Of a stretch of 64,000 nucleotides of DNA, positions 20,171-30,440 are shown in pieces. A program made the translations under genes and the position numbers. The DNA is from Spirochaetia bacterium (GTDB taxonomy: Bacteria; Spirochaetota; Spirochaetia; SP-2023), in contig OZ253665.1 in assembly GCA_965263295.1 (NCBI GenBank), positions 1,920,001 through 1,984,000 of the forward strand. Reading direction: 5' to 3'. How positions within the stretch are numbered: the stretch's first letter is position 1; the number at the start of each line of letters is the position of its first letter. The notes under the pieces are model-generated. The model had not been told where the DNA came from, searched no databases, and saw nothing but the letters and a program-made list of their open reading frames with translations.

Positions 20171-21241
20171 TTATTCCTGACATTTGGGGCAATAATATGT
20201 CGCCCGCTGACCCTGCACGACTTTGGCGATTTTCCCTGCACAGTCTGGCCTCGGGCAGGGTTCCCCTTCCTTCCCGTAGGCGTGAAGTTCCCGCTGAAAA
20301 TACCCCGGCCGGCCCTGCACGCTGCGGAAATCTTTTAGCGTGGTGCCGCCGGCGGCTATTGCCGCGCCCATTGTCTGCTTTACGGCCAGGGCCAGGCTCG
20401 CCGCCTGCAGGCGACTCAATTGGCCGCTCTCTTTAAAAGGAGACAACTTGGCCAGCCAAAGGCTTTCCGAACAATAAATATTGCCTACGCCACACACCGC
20501 CTTCCCGGCCAGCAGCCAGGGTTTTAATTGGCCGCGCAAGTTGCGCGAGGCCTGGTACAAGTGCGCGCCCAAATCCTCAACCACGGCCGCCGGCTCCAGG
20601 GCCAAGCTGAGCGGAGCCGCATATTCTGAAAGGGGTTCGGGGCCGAGCTTTGCCAAACCGGGCCTATTTTTAAAATCATCGCGTTGCCCTAGGCAGTTTT
20701 CCCAGCTCCAAAAACCAAAGCGGCGGGCGTCATTGTACAACAGGTAATAATTCTGGATATTTGCCCCTCCTTGCCCATGCCGTCGCAACTGCAAGTACAG
20801 GTGGTCGTGCTTGGCCAGCTCGCTGGGCGCGTGATTGCGGACCCGCAATATCCCGCTCATCCCTAAGTGCACAATAATGCGCGTCAAGCTCAGGGGCAGA
20901 ACCGGCTGCGGGCCGAGCTTTTTTATTTGCCGCACCCAGTAGTCCATCCTGAACCTTGGCTCGCTACCGAAGTACAGCAGCAAATACTTGCCCCGCCGTT
21001 CCACACTGAGCAAATAATGGCCTTGTAGTTTTTGCAGTTCGGCGATGGGCACAGGGTAACGCAGCTTTTTACGGCCAAAGTACCAGCCTTGCAGCCGGAG
21101 AAAAGACCGGGGCAAAGACTGAGCTAAATCTTGGGTTGAACTTTGCTCCACGGCGCTCGCCGGGCCGCCGGCATTGGGCTCGTCTGCCAGCGCGGCCAAA
21201 AGACTGCAGCGGATAGTTTCGACTTCTGGTAATTCAGGCAT
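20171..21241 (-). CDS. mutM: Formamidopyrimidine-DNA glycosylase
   Basis: MPELPEVE, RRGKYL, HLGMSG, GVGNIY, C-terminal zinc finger CPRPDC...CPKCQ. Confidence 0.96.
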   Translation of the reverse strand: MPELPEVETIRCSLLAALADEPNAGGPASAVEQSSTQDLAQSLPRSFLRLQGWYFGRKKLRYPVPIAELQKLQGHYLLSVERRGKYLLLYFGSEPRFRMDYWVRQIKKLGPQPVLPLSLTRIIVHLGMSGILRVRNHAPSELAKHDHLYLQLRRHGQGGANIQNYYLLYNDARRFGFWSWENCLGQRDDFKNRPGLAKLGPEPLSEYAAPLSLALEPAAVVEDLGAHLYQASRNLRGQLKPWLLAGKAVCGVGNIYCSESLWLAKLSPFKESGQLSRLQAASLALAVKQTMGAAIAAGGTTLKDFRSVQGRPGYFQRELHAYGKEGEPCPRPDCAGKIAKVVQGQRATYYCPKCQE

Positions 21242-21287
21242 GGGTATTCATGGGTATTGGGGGTATTTTTCGCGCGAGGTTTTTCGA

Positions 21288-22439
21288 TTACAGCTTGGTA
21301 TCCGCTAATTTGGTGCCCACTAAAATGGCGCGCGCGGCACGTTCGGCGCTCGCCTCCAATGCCTCGCGACTTTCGCGCAAGGCCGTTTCCAGCGGCATCA
21401 CCCGATCTACCGTGGGGAACAGGGCGTCAATACCGCAGTCAAAAACCGCATGGGCCTGCGCGCCCAGCTCACCGACAATCGCGACGACACTTTTATCTTG
21501 TCGCTTCGCCCATTGAGCCACGCCGACGGGAACTTTACCGTAAACCGACTGGCCATCCAAGCGGCCTTCGCCGGTGAGCACCAAATCCGCCTGAGCCACA
21601 ATCTTGTCAAACTCGATAATGCGCAGAACCGTCTCAATGCCAGAAAGCAGCTTGGCACCGCAAAAACTCAGCAGGCCAAAGCCGAGACCGCCCGCCGCTC
21701 CGGCCCCAGCTTCATTTTGGTGGTCGCAAGCCAAGTCGCGCTTCACCACAGCCGCCAGATGCGCCAGGTTGGCGTCCAGCGTTTCCACCATTTGCGGGCT
21801 AGCTCCTTTCTGCGGCCCATAAACGGCCGAGGCGCCGCGCTCGCCGAGCAGGGGGTTGCTCACGTCGCAGGCGACCAGGATCTCCGTTTCCTGCAAGCGC
21901 GGGTCCGCAGCGCTGGCGTCAATGCGGTCCAGCTCGGCGAGGCTGCCGCCACCGCCCCCGATTTCGCGCGAGTCTTTGTCCAGGAAGCGCAGCCCCAGGG
22001 CCCGCGCCATGCCGACGCCGCCATCGTTAGTGGCGCTGCCGCCGATGCCCAGCATGATTTGGCGGGCTCCCGCATCCAAGGCCGCGCGCAGCAACTCTCC
22101 CGTGCCGTAGGTGTCGGCGCGCAGCGGATCGCGCTCCGCGGCTGCGAGCAAGGGCAGGCCAGAAGCCGCCGCCATTTCGATTACGGCCTTGTCGTTTGGC
22201 AAGTGCCCCCAGAAAGCCTCAACCGCCTGGCCCAGCGGCCCGCGCACCGCCAGCTTTTGCAAGTCGCCGCCGGCGGCCTGCAGCACGGCCGCAACCGTGC
22301 CTTCTCCGCCGTCGGCCACCGCCACAATCTGATAAGTGGCCGCGGGAAAGACTTTGGTAAAACCAGATTGTATGGCCCGCCCGACTTCCCAGCTGGTATT
22401 GGTGCCTTTAAATGAATCCGCCGCGATCAGTATGTGCAT
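21288..22439 (-). CDS. garK: Glycerate kinase (GlxK/GarK family)
   Basis: ADSFKG, ADGGEGT, GGSATNDGG, GAGAAGG, TGEGRLDGQS. Confidence 0.93.
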   Translation of the reverse strand: MHILIAADSFKGTNTSWEVGRAIQSGFTKVFPAATYQIVAVADGGEGTVAAVLQAAGGDLQKLAVRGPLGQAVEAFWGHLPNDKAVIEMAAASGLPLLAAAERDPLRADTYGTGELLRAALDAGARQIMLGIGGSATNDGGVGMARALGLRFLDKDSREIGGGGGSLAELDRIDASAADPRLQETEILVACDVSNPLLGERGASAVYGPQKGASPQMVETLDANLAHLAAVVKRDLACDHQNEAGAGAAGGLGFGLLSFCGAKLLSGIETVLRIIEFDKIVAQADLVLTGEGRLDGQSVYGKVPVGVAQWAKRQDKSVVAIVGELGAQAHAVFDCGIDALFPTVDRVMPLETALRESREALEASAERAARAILVGTKLADTKL

Positions 22440-22688
22440 GTTTTTCTCCTGCCTGCCAGGCCGCAACCTTGGCCGTGTCTAGTTTATATTTAGTTTCGGC
22501 CATGATATACAAAAAGTTTTCCCATGCCTTTTTATATCGTCGTTTTTTTTGCCCGCAAAGCCACCTTTAAGGCCATTGAAGCCTCCCGCCCAAGGTTGCG
22601 GGGCAAGGTTGCGGGGCTTGGCGCTCCCTCCCGGCCCGCAAAAAAATTCCCTGTCCTCAAAATTTCCCGCCCCATTTTTAATTTTTAT

Positions 22689-22716
22689 TTGACAACTTTT
22701 AAAAATGGGTTATAAT
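22689..22716 (+). promoter_or_regulatory. Sigma70-type promoter
   Basis: TTGACA-N16-TATAAT upstream of the small secreted protein gene. Confidence 0.6.
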
Positions 22717-22849
22717 ATTAGTATGTCAATTGATTTTAAAAAATGCTGCGTTGTTCTCATTTCTTTAGATGAGCGGTGCGCGGGAAAGCTGGCTTGAAAC
22801 AAGGTCTTGCGAAAGGCGCGGCAAAATTTCAAAAAAGAAGTTCATGTTT

Positions 22850-23167
22850 ATGAGACTTGTAAAACAATTATTAATTGCCTGCCTGGTGCTCGGCATTCTG
22901 GCGGCGCCGGCCTGGGCCGAAAATAACGCCCGCAATCACTATTTTTGTCGCGATGAGTTCCCCGGTGAAGTCTGCGATGCCCAAGAGGAACCGGATGCCA
23001 GCCCCGAATGCTATAAAGCTATCGGCAAGGGCGCTTATGAGGGTGCCAAAATTGGTTCCGATGTGGGCGCCGCTGTGGGGGCCATGTCAAAGGAATGCCG
23101 CGATTGCGACGATGATGACGGCGACCCCCCTGAAGCAATCTTGATGATTGGCCGCCGGCGGAGCTAA
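22850..23167 (+). CDS. Small secreted Cys-rich glycine-zipper protein (bacteriocin-like)
   Basis: Sec signal ending APAWA; CYKAIGKGAYEGAKIGSDVGAAVGA; stop overlaps next start (TAATG). Confidence 0.6.
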   Translation: MRLVKQLLIACLVLGILAAPAWAENNARNHYFCRDEFPGEVCDAQEEPDASPECYKAIGKGAYEGAKIGSDVGAAVGAMSKECRDCDDDDGDPPEAILMIGRRRS

Positions 23168-23715
23168 TGAGGCTCTTGCCTCCCTGGTTTCGCGAGTATC
23201 GCGAGCTTAGGCAAGCGTTGTCGAAGGGGCAAAAGGTCCCTTTCGACTTTCCCGCAGCGCTTGCCTTGGCTAAATTTGCGGCTCTGGTTTGTGTGGTCTG
23301 CGACTCTATGATGTTGCTTTGGGACTTGCTTTTTCTCGGCTCGGTGCCTGCGGATATCGGGGCGGACGGGGGAGCCGGTTCCCAGCTGGAGCAATTCTTG
23401 ATCCGGTCCTTGTATGGTTTCTTGGTTGTGTATGCTTCATCGTTCTTCTTTACGTTCGTTTACCTCAGACATATTCTGGCCGCGGACGGGCGCGACTCGC
23501 CCTGGACTCTGGGGCTGCGGGCATTGGTATTTGCTTGCGATTTTACATTTTGTTTATGGCTGCTACGGCTTATATTCGGAGATACTTTTTCCATCCAAGG
23601 CGTTCTATTAGTTTTAGCCCTGTCTTTTTGGATGGGGCTAGCGATTGTCCGGCGCGTTAATGCGCTCAGATTGGAAGAGCGAGCGAAAGAAAAGTTAAAA
23701 GAGACAAACGGCTAA
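23167..23715 (+). CDS. Four-TM membrane protein, paralog A
   Basis: Hydrophobic segments; paralog of 23871..24422 (shared ILAADGRDSPWxLGLRALVFAC). Confidence 0.7.
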   Translation: MRLLPPWFREYRELRQALSKGQKVPFDFPAALALAKFAALVCVVCDSMMLLWDLLFLGSVPADIGADGGAGSQLEQFLIRSLYGFLVVYASSFFFTFVYLRHILAADGRDSPWTLGLRALVFACDFTFCLWLLRLIFGDTFSIQGVLLVLALSFWMGLAIVRRVNALRLEERAKEKLKETNG

Positions 23716-23782
23716 GTGCGCCATGTAAAAGAACGGCAAGACGGGGGCAACGAGCAATACAGGAAAAACAAGGGAAGAAGCC

Positions 23783-23848
23783 ATGGAAATCAACACCCAC
23801 GAATACATTGATCGCGCGCTTTGCGGCGAGCCCCTGAAGCAATCTTGA
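23783..23848 (+). pseudogene. Duplicated 5' fragment of the PaaI thioesterase gene
   Basis: MEINTHEYIDRALCGEP identical to the N-terminus of 24490..24912, then a stop. Confidence 0.8.
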
Positions 23849-23870
23849 TGATTGGCCGCCGACGGAGATT

Positions 23871-24422
23871 ATGAGGCTCGTGCCTCCCTCTGTTCGCAAG
23901 CGCAAGCTTGACGAGTTTTGGCAAGCGTTGAGGAAGGGGCAAAAGGTCCCTTTCAGCGTTCCCGCAGCGCTTGCCTTGGCTAGATTTGTCGCTCTGCTTG
24001 CTGTGTGCGTGCCTGTGATCAAGGGGCTTCTCTTGCTGCTTCTGGACTCGGAAACTGTGGAGATCGGAGTCAATGGAGAGCCCGACTTTCAGTTGAAGCA
24101 ATTCTTGATCCAGACTTGGTATTGCTTTTTGATTCTTTATGCTTTAGGGCTTTTTATGTTTTTCTACCTAAGGTATATTCTGGCCGCGGACGGGCGCGAC
24201 TCGCCCTGGAGCCTGGGTCTGCGGGCATTGGTATTTGCTTGCTTTACCGTATTTTGTTTATGGCTGCTTTCACTTACACACGGAAGGAATATTTTTTCCA
24301 GCCGAGATTTTCTGTTAGATCTAACGGTATGTTTTTGTGTGGGTTGCTGGTTTATCCCGCGCATTAATGCGCTCAGATTGAAAGAGCAGGCGAAAGAAAA
24401 GTCAAAAGAGACAAACGGCTAA
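23871..24422 (+). CDS. Four-TM membrane protein, paralog B
   Basis: Tandem paralog of 23167..23715. Confidence 0.7.
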   Translation: MRLVPPSVRKRKLDEFWQALRKGQKVPFSVPAALALARFVALLAVCVPVIKGLLLLLLDSETVEIGVNGEPDFQLKQFLIQTWYCFLILYALGLFMFFYLRYILAADGRDSPWSLGLRALVFACFTVFCLWLLSLTHGRNIFSSRDFLLDLTVCFCVGCWFIPRINALRLKEQAKEKSKETNG

Positions 24423-24489
24423 GTGCGTCATGTAAAAAGAACGGCAAGACGGGGCAACGAGCAATACAGGAAAAACAAGGAAGGAAGCC

Positions 24490-24912
24490 ATGGAAATCAA
24501 CACCCACGAATACATTGATCGTGCGCTCTGCGGCGAGCCGGTCATGGTTGCGCAAGGGAGCAGCGAGGTTCGCCTGGAATGCAGCCGGCGCATGGCCGCC
24601 GACGGCAGCGGCCTGGTCCACGGCGGCTTCATCTTCGGGGCGGCCGACTACGCGGCCATGCTGGCCGTCAACCAGCCCAACGTGGTGCTCGGCGCGGCGG
24701 AGACACACTTTTTGAAGCCATCCCGCATCGGGGATGTGCTGCTCGCCAGGGCGCAAGACCAGAGCCCCCAAGACCGCAAGCATCTCGTGCGGGTAGAAGT
24801 CTCGTGCGGCGAAGATGTCGTCTTTACGGGAACATTTACCTGCTTGGTCCCCAGGGAACACGTTCTGGCCAAGGTCGTGAAGCCGGTGCCCACAGAAAAA
24901 AACGGGACTTAG
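24490..24912 (+). CDS. PaaI-family (hotdog-fold) thioesterase
   Basis: GLVHGGFIFGAADYAAM motif. Confidence 0.88.
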   Translation: MEINTHEYIDRALCGEPVMVAQGSSEVRLECSRRMAADGSGLVHGGFIFGAADYAAMLAVNQPNVVLGAAETHFLKPSRIGDVLLARAQDQSPQDRKHLVRVEVSCGEDVVFTGTFTCLVPREHVLAKVVKPVPTEKNGT

Positions 24913-24989
24913 GGCGATGCCCGGCTGTGAAGCCAGACTGTGGAGCCAGACTGTGGAGAATAGCAATTTTCTTCACAGTCTAGACGGCT

Positions 24990-25508
24990 TTAAAACTCTT
25001 CTTTTAATTGTTTTACCCACTCTGTTACTCTGTGTTCTGTCTTATCCGGTTGATTGTCTTCGTCTAGTGGCAGGCCGACAAACATACCATCTATTTCCGC
25101 GGTAGATTGTGCGTAATCGTATCCCTGCTTTGGCCATTTGCCAATAAAATTCACCCCCTTGGCAGAAAGTTCATTGTAAATGATACCAATGGCATCGACA
25201 AAAGTATCCGGATAGCCGGCCTGATCGCCGGTGCCAAACAGAGCCACTTTCTTGCCGGAAAAATCCGCCTGTTTTAACTTGTCCAGAAACTCAGCCCAGT
25301 CGTCCTGAATCTCACCTTCGCCCCAGGTGGAAGAGCCCAGAAGCAAGAAATCCTTGTCATTAATTGAATCTACCGAGCTCTCCCCTACGTTATATGCGTC
25401 GACATTTTCGTCCCCGACTTCTTCCGCCACGAGCTTTTGCAGTTGCTGAGCGATGGTTTCTGTATTTCCAAGGGTTGACCCGTAGAAAATTCCAACCTTT
25501 GTAAACAT
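24990..25508 (-). CDS. fldA: Long-chain flavodoxin
   Basis: YGSTLGNTE, STWGEGE, FGTGDQAGY, GLPLDEDNQ. Confidence 0.95.
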   Translation of the reverse strand: MFTKVGIFYGSTLGNTETIAQQLQKLVAEEVGDENVDAYNVGESSVDSINDKDFLLLGSSTWGEGEIQDDWAEFLDKLKQADFSGKKVALFGTGDQAGYPDTFVDAIGIIYNELSAKGVNFIGKWPKQGYDYAQSTAEIDGMFVGLPLDEDNQPDKTEHRVTEWVKQLKEEF

Positions 25509-25568
25509 ATTTTACCTCCATTTAAAAATATTTTTTTTAAAATTTATTATTTTTCTAATCTCCATTTT

Positions 25569-25587
25569 AGAAATAATTATCATTATT
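25569..25587 (-). promoter_or_regulatory. Putative Fur box upstream of flavodoxin
   Basis: Minus strand AATAATGATAATTATTTCT, 14/19 match to GATAATGATAATCATTATC. Confidence 0.5.
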
Positions 25588-25777
25588 ATGTTAAGCATTA
25601 GCGACAAAGTCAAGACAACTGATTTAATTTTGCGTATTCCCAAGGTAAATTGGGATAAATTGGGGCAGATTTGGGTAAATTTTCACTTTCACTGCAAAGT
25701 CACAATTTTATAAATTTTTGTTGACAACCCTTATTACCCCGTGCGAAAATATTAGCTTAAACGATCAGGAGGCTCGG

Positions 25778-26455
25778 ATGAAGTATTTTTTAGATAGTGC
25801 AAAACTGGATGAAATTAAATTTGCTTATGACAACTGGGGCATTGATGGAATAACGACAAATCCCAAACATATCCAGGCCAGCGGACAACCCTTGACGAAG
25901 GTTTTGGACAGCCTCGCCAGCTGGGCGGCCAATAATAAGCTGGAAGGCTGGTCCAAGTTTCCGATTTCCATTGAAACTGATCCCCATGAAGAAAATTCAG
26001 AAAAACTGGTTTCCGCCGGCAAGGACTTGGCCAAAATCTCACCGAATTATGTGATTAAGATTGCCTGCACTGAATCGGGTCTAATCGCGGCTCGCAAGTT
26101 GGAGCAACTTGGTATTCGCACAAATGTTACTCTGGTGTTTTCTCCGTCTCAGGCGCTTATGGTCGCAAAAATAGGTGCGCTTTTCGTTTCGCCTTTTGTC
26201 GGCTGGAAAGAGGCAAATGGCGAAGATTGTGGCGATTACATCAAAAGAATTACCGACATCTATAAAAACTACAGTTTTAAAACAGAAATCATCGTTGCGG
26301 CTCTGCGCTCTGCCAAGCAGATCGCCGAAGTGGCCGGATACGGAGCGCATATCACCACTTGCGGGATGCAGGTTTATCGGGACAGTTTCTACCATCCATT
26401 TACCGATTTTGGCCTCAATGTCTTTCGCAAAGCTTGGGATGCGACAGAAAAATAG
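25778..26455 (+). CDS. sqvA: Transaldolase family protein, probable 6-deoxy-6-sulfofructose transaldolase (SqvA/SftT)
   Basis: MKYFLDSA, DGITTNP, FPISIE, TNVTLVFSPSQAL, FVSPFVGWKE, IIVAALR, FTDFGL..FRKAWD closely follow Bacillus SqvA as I recall it; cluster context. Confidence 0.8.
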   Translation: MKYFLDSAKLDEIKFAYDNWGIDGITTNPKHIQASGQPLTKVLDSLASWAANNKLEGWSKFPISIETDPHEENSEKLVSAGKDLAKISPNYVIKIACTESGLIAARKLEQLGIRTNVTLVFSPSQALMVAKIGALFVSPFVGWKEANGEDCGDYIKRITDIYKNYSFKTEIIVAALRSAKQIAEVAGYGAHITTCGMQVYRDSFYHPFTDFGLNVFRKAWDATEK

Positions 26456-26509
26456 GGCAGAGAAACAACCACGGGAAAAATATCATTGGGGTCGAAAGAG
26501 GGCAGCATC

Positions 26510-27643
26510 ATGAATATATTGCGCTATGGGATTATCGGCTGCGGCATGATGGGGCGCGAGCACATCCAGAATCTGGCTTTGATAGATAATACCGAGGTCA
26601 CGGCGCTGTATGAGCCCGACAAGGAGCAGCAGAGGCTTTCGCGGGAAATGGTGCCGAAGGCAAAGGTCCACGACAGTTTGGCGAGTATCCTCAAGGACAG
26701 CAACGTGGATGCCTTTGTCATCGCTTCTCCCAATTTTACTCATGTGGTGATTCTGCAAGAAATTATCAGGAATGATAGCCGGCCGATTCTGGTGGAAAAG
26801 CCGGTATGCACGACGGAGGCAGACTGCTTTCGGCTGCTGGAAATGTGCGCCAATTACCGCGCGCCTATATGGGTGGCGATGGAATATCGTTATATGCCGG
26901 TCTCTCAGCGCCTGCTTGCAAAGGTAGGTGAGGAGAAACTGCTCGGCAATGTCTGCTCGATTTCTATCCGGGAGCACCGTTTTCCTTTTTTAAAAAAAGT
27001 GGGGGACTGGAATCGCTTTAATGCCAATACCGGAGGCACTCTGGTAGAAAAATGCTGTCATTTTTTCGACCTGATTCGACTGCTCAGCCAGGATGAAGTG
27101 GTGCAGGTTTACGCATCGGGGGCCATGGATGTCAATTTCAAGAATGAGCGCTACGCGGGGAAAATTCCCGACATTTTGGACAATACTTTTGTCATCATGG
27201 AGCTGAAGTCTGGCCGCAGGGCTTTTCTGGATCTGTGCATGTTCTGCGACGGTTCCTATTTTCAGGAGGATATTTGCATTGTCGGCGAAAAGGGCAAACT
27301 GGAAGGGCGGATTCCGGGCCCAGAGCGGCTTTGGGCCGTCGACAGCCTGGATGAACTGGGGGCCTCAACTGGATTTGAAGGTAAAACGAGGCCTTCGGAG
27401 TTGATCTACAGTCCGCGCGCGCCAAAAGGCCCCGTCACGGAACTGATTGAAACGGACGAACGCTTGCAGCAGGCCGGCGATCATCACGGCGGCACATTTT
27501 TTCAGCACAAATATTTTTACGAGGCGGTGACCCAAGGCCGCGAGGTTGAAGTGACGCTAGAGGATGGCGTACAGGCGGTCATGATTGGTCTGGCCGCGCA
27601 GGAATCAATTGCGACGAAATCAGCGGTAACGCTGAAGTTATAA
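26510..27643 (+). CDS. Gfo/Idh/MocA oxidoreductase, probable NAD+-dependent sulfoquinovosidase (SqgA, GH188)
   Basis: GCGMMG, EKP, MEYRY, EHRFPFLKKVGDWNRF, VEKCCHFFD, DHHG motifs; directly behind sqvA. Confidence 0.72.
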   Translation: MNILRYGIIGCGMMGREHIQNLALIDNTEVTALYEPDKEQQRLSREMVPKAKVHDSLASILKDSNVDAFVIASPNFTHVVILQEIIRNDSRPILVEKPVCTTEADCFRLLEMCANYRAPIWVAMEYRYMPVSQRLLAKVGEEKLLGNVCSISIREHRFPFLKKVGDWNRFNANTGGTLVEKCCHFFDLIRLLSQDEVVQVYASGAMDVNFKNERYAGKIPDILDNTFVIMELKSGRRAFLDLCMFCDGSYFQEDICIVGEKGKLEGRIPGPERLWAVDSLDELGASTGFEGKTRPSELIYSPRAPKGPVTELIETDERLQQAGDHHGGTFFQHKYFYEAVTQGREVEVTLEDGVQAVMIGLAAQESIATKSAVTLKL

Positions 27644-27676
27644 AACAGTATGAAACGGTAAAGGAGTGCCAAGTTT

Positions 27677-28831
27677 ATGAAAACTTACTTTTTAATATTA
27701 TTATCAATACTAGTGGTCAGTTGTGGGATACAGAAAAAATCCCCGGCTGGCGCGGCAGACGCAGATGGCGCCACGACAGGTGCCCCGTCTGCAAAGAAGA
27801 GTCCGGCGGCGGCAAAAGCTTATGATTACAGCACGACGCCGGCAAATGCGGAGTACGTATTTATTGCATCGCACGATGGCAACCTGGAGGACTATAAGCA
27901 CAAGGCCTTAATTCTCCTCAAGAATACCGTAGAGGCCAATTCAAATGGCCGAATTGGCGTCAAGATTTTCCCCAACGGTCAGTTGGCCAACTCTGTAAAC
28001 GAAAGAATTGATGGACTTGTCCAAGGAAGTGTCGACATCGTCAACACAACCGGTGATGTCAGTGCGTATTGGGAGCCCCTTTCTGTCTTTGACCTGCCGT
28101 ATATGGTCACGGATGATCGGCTGGTTGAAGCGGTTTTTAACGACCCGGAATTTGTCAGCGGTCTGCGAGAAGGGGCCCTGGCCGCGATGAAAAATGCGCG
28201 TTTAATGGTCATTACCAACAGTGGACGCTGGAGAAACTTTGCGACGACCAAAAAACCGGTCAACAATGTCAATGATCTAGCCGGCCTAAAAATCCGCACG
28301 GTACCTTCCAAAGTTCAGCAGCAACTGGTCTCTGCATTGGGGGCTTCTCCGACCAGCATGAACTGGGGAGATCTCTACACGGCCCTGTCCACGGGCGTCG
28401 TTGACGGCACAAAGAATGGCATGGTGGATATTGTAAGCGCCAAGCTGAACGAGAGCCTGAAGTATATCATACTTGACGGGCATGCTTATATGTCGGGCTT
28501 CTGGTGGTTAAATAACGAGAAATTCCAATCTATGCCCACGGACTTGAAGGAGATTATGGTCGATGGCTTTGATGCGTTGAGCTGGTTCATCCGTGAATAC
28601 AATAAATACTCCGAGGCCAGCGCATTTGAAACTTTTAAGGCGACAGGTGGGACGATTTACCGCCCGACGGAAGAAGAATTAGGTCAGTTTAAGGAAAAAG
28701 CGGTCGCCGTAGAACAGTGGTTCAAGGAAAACGTAACAGAAGAGACGCTAGAATGGCTAGACCAGTACAAGGCCGAAATCGCCAGACAGCAAGAAGCTTT
28801 GGCTAGAGTCCGCAGCTTGGAGTTAAGTTAG
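27677..28831 (+). CDS. dctP: TRAP transporter substrate-binding lipoprotein, copy 1
   Basis: VVSC lipobox, FPNGQL, FDLPY, GLKIRT, LYTALSTGVVDG. Confidence 0.92.
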   Translation: MKTYFLILLSILVVSCGIQKKSPAGAADADGATTGAPSAKKSPAAAKAYDYSTTPANAEYVFIASHDGNLEDYKHKALILLKNTVEANSNGRIGVKIFPNGQLANSVNERIDGLVQGSVDIVNTTGDVSAYWEPLSVFDLPYMVTDDRLVEAVFNDPEFVSGLREGALAAMKNARLMVITNSGRWRNFATTKKPVNNVNDLAGLKIRTVPSKVQQQLVSALGASPTSMNWGDLYTALSTGVVDGTKNGMVDIVSAKLNESLKYIILDGHAYMSGFWWLNNEKFQSMPTDLKEIMVDGFDALSWFIREYNKYSEASAFETFKATGGTIYRPTEEELGQFKEKAVAVEQWFKENVTEETLEWLDQYKAEIARQQEALARVRSLELS

Positions 28832-28921
28832 GTATCTGGTTGAAATCTGTGGGAGGCCGCCAATTCTGAATTAGAGTCATAAGCCTTTTTTAGATTATTA
28901 CAGAATCGTTTGGCATAAAAA

Positions 28922-28979
28922 ATATTATTTGGCATTACCGTCTGGCCATTTTGGGCCAGACGGTAATGCCAAATAATAT
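28922..28979. repeat. Perfect 26-bp inverted repeat (6-nt loop)
   Basis: atattatttggcattaccgtctggcc-attttg-ggccagacggtaatgccaaataatat. Confidence 0.9.
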
Positions 28980-29177
28980 AGAGGTTTTTGTCTTTCAAAG
29001 TATAGATGCGATCTAAAACAGATTTAAAAATCCGCAACTTCTGCAATTCATTTACGGGGAAGCAAAATCAATGAGGTAAAAGAGCAGAAAATCGTCATAG
29101 TTTCTGATGCTGTAACGAAATCAGCGGTAACGCTGCAGTTATAAAAGCAGATAAAACTATAAAGGAATGCCAAGTTT

Positions 29178-30302
29178 GTGAAAACTTACTTTTTAATATT
29201 ATTGTCAATGCTAGCGGTCAGTTGTGGGATACAGAAAAAATCCCCGGCTGGCGAAGCAGGCGCAGATGGTGCCACGACAGGCGCCCCGTCTGCAAAGAAG
29301 AGCTCGACGCCGGCAAATGCAGAATATGTATTCATTGCATCGCACGTAGGCAACCTAGAGAACTATAATCACAAAGCCTTAATTCTCCTCAAAAATACCG
29401 TAGAGGCCAATTCAAATGGCCGAATTGGCGTCAAGATTTTTCCCAACGGTCAGTTGGCCAACTCTGTGAACGAAATAATTGATGGCCTTGTTCAAGGGAG
29501 TGTCGACATCGTCAACACAACCGGCGATGTCAGCGCGTATTGGGAGCCCCTTTCTGTCTTTGACCTGCCGTATATGGTGACAGATGATCGGCTGGTTGAA
29601 GCGGTTTTTAACGACCCGGAATTTGTCAGCGATCTGCGGGAGGGGGCCCTGGCCGCGATGAAAAATGCGCGTTTAATGGTCATTACCAACAGTGGACGCT
29701 GGAGAAACTTTGCGACGACCAAGAAACCGGTCAACAATGTCAGTGATTTAGCCGGCCTAAAAATCCGCACGGTACCTTCCAAGGTTCAGCAGCAACTGGT
29801 CTCTGCATTGGGGGCTTCTCCGACCGGCATGAACTGGGGAGACCTCTACACGGCCCTGTCCACGGGCGTCGTTGACGGCACAAAAAATGGCGTGGTGGAT
29901 ATTGTAAGCGCCAAGCTGAACGAGAGCCTGAAATATATCATACTTGACGGGCATGCTTATATGTCGGGATTTTGGTGGGTAAATAACGAGAAATTCCAAT
30001 CTATGCCCACGGACTTGAAGGAGATCATGGTCGATGGCTTTGATGCGTTTAACTGGTTTATCCGCGAATATAATAAGTACTCCGAGGCCAGCGCATTTGA
30101 AACTTTTAAGGCGACAGGTGGGACAATTTACCGCCCGACGGAAGAAGAATTAGGCCAGTTTAAGGAAAAAGCGGTCGCCGTAGAACAGTGGTTCAAGGAA
30201 AACGCGACAGCAGAGACACTGGAATGGCTAGGTAAGTACAAGGCCGAAATCGCCAAACAGCAAGAAGCTCTGGCTAGGGTCCGGAGCCTGGAGTTAAAGT
30301 AG
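29178..30302 (+). CDS. dctP: TRAP transporter substrate-binding lipoprotein, copy 2
   Basis: Close tandem paralog of 27677..28831, GTG start. Confidence 0.92.
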   Translation: MKTYFLILLSMLAVSCGIQKKSPAGEAGADGATTGAPSAKKSSTPANAEYVFIASHVGNLENYNHKALILLKNTVEANSNGRIGVKIFPNGQLANSVNEIIDGLVQGSVDIVNTTGDVSAYWEPLSVFDLPYMVTDDRLVEAVFNDPEFVSDLREGALAAMKNARLMVITNSGRWRNFATTKKPVNNVSDLAGLKIRTVPSKVQQQLVSALGASPTGMNWGDLYTALSTGVVDGTKNGVVDIVSAKLNESLKYIILDGHAYMSGFWWVNNEKFQSMPTDLKEIMVDGFDAFNWFIREYNKYSEASAFETFKATGGTIYRPTEEELGQFKEKAVAVEQWFKENATAETLEWLGKYKAEIAKQQEALARVRSLELK

Positions 30303-30440
30303 TTAGCTGGTTGAAATCCGTGGGAGGCCGCCAATTCGAAATACCATATCAGTTTTTGTCGTTTAAAGTATGAAACAGATTTAAAAATCCGCAACTTCTG
30401 CAATTCATTTACAGGAAAACAAAATCAATGAGGTAAAAGA

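Noticed and set aside
21450..22415. 321-aa plus-strand ORF
   Set aside because: Antisense to the GC-rich glycerate kinase gene
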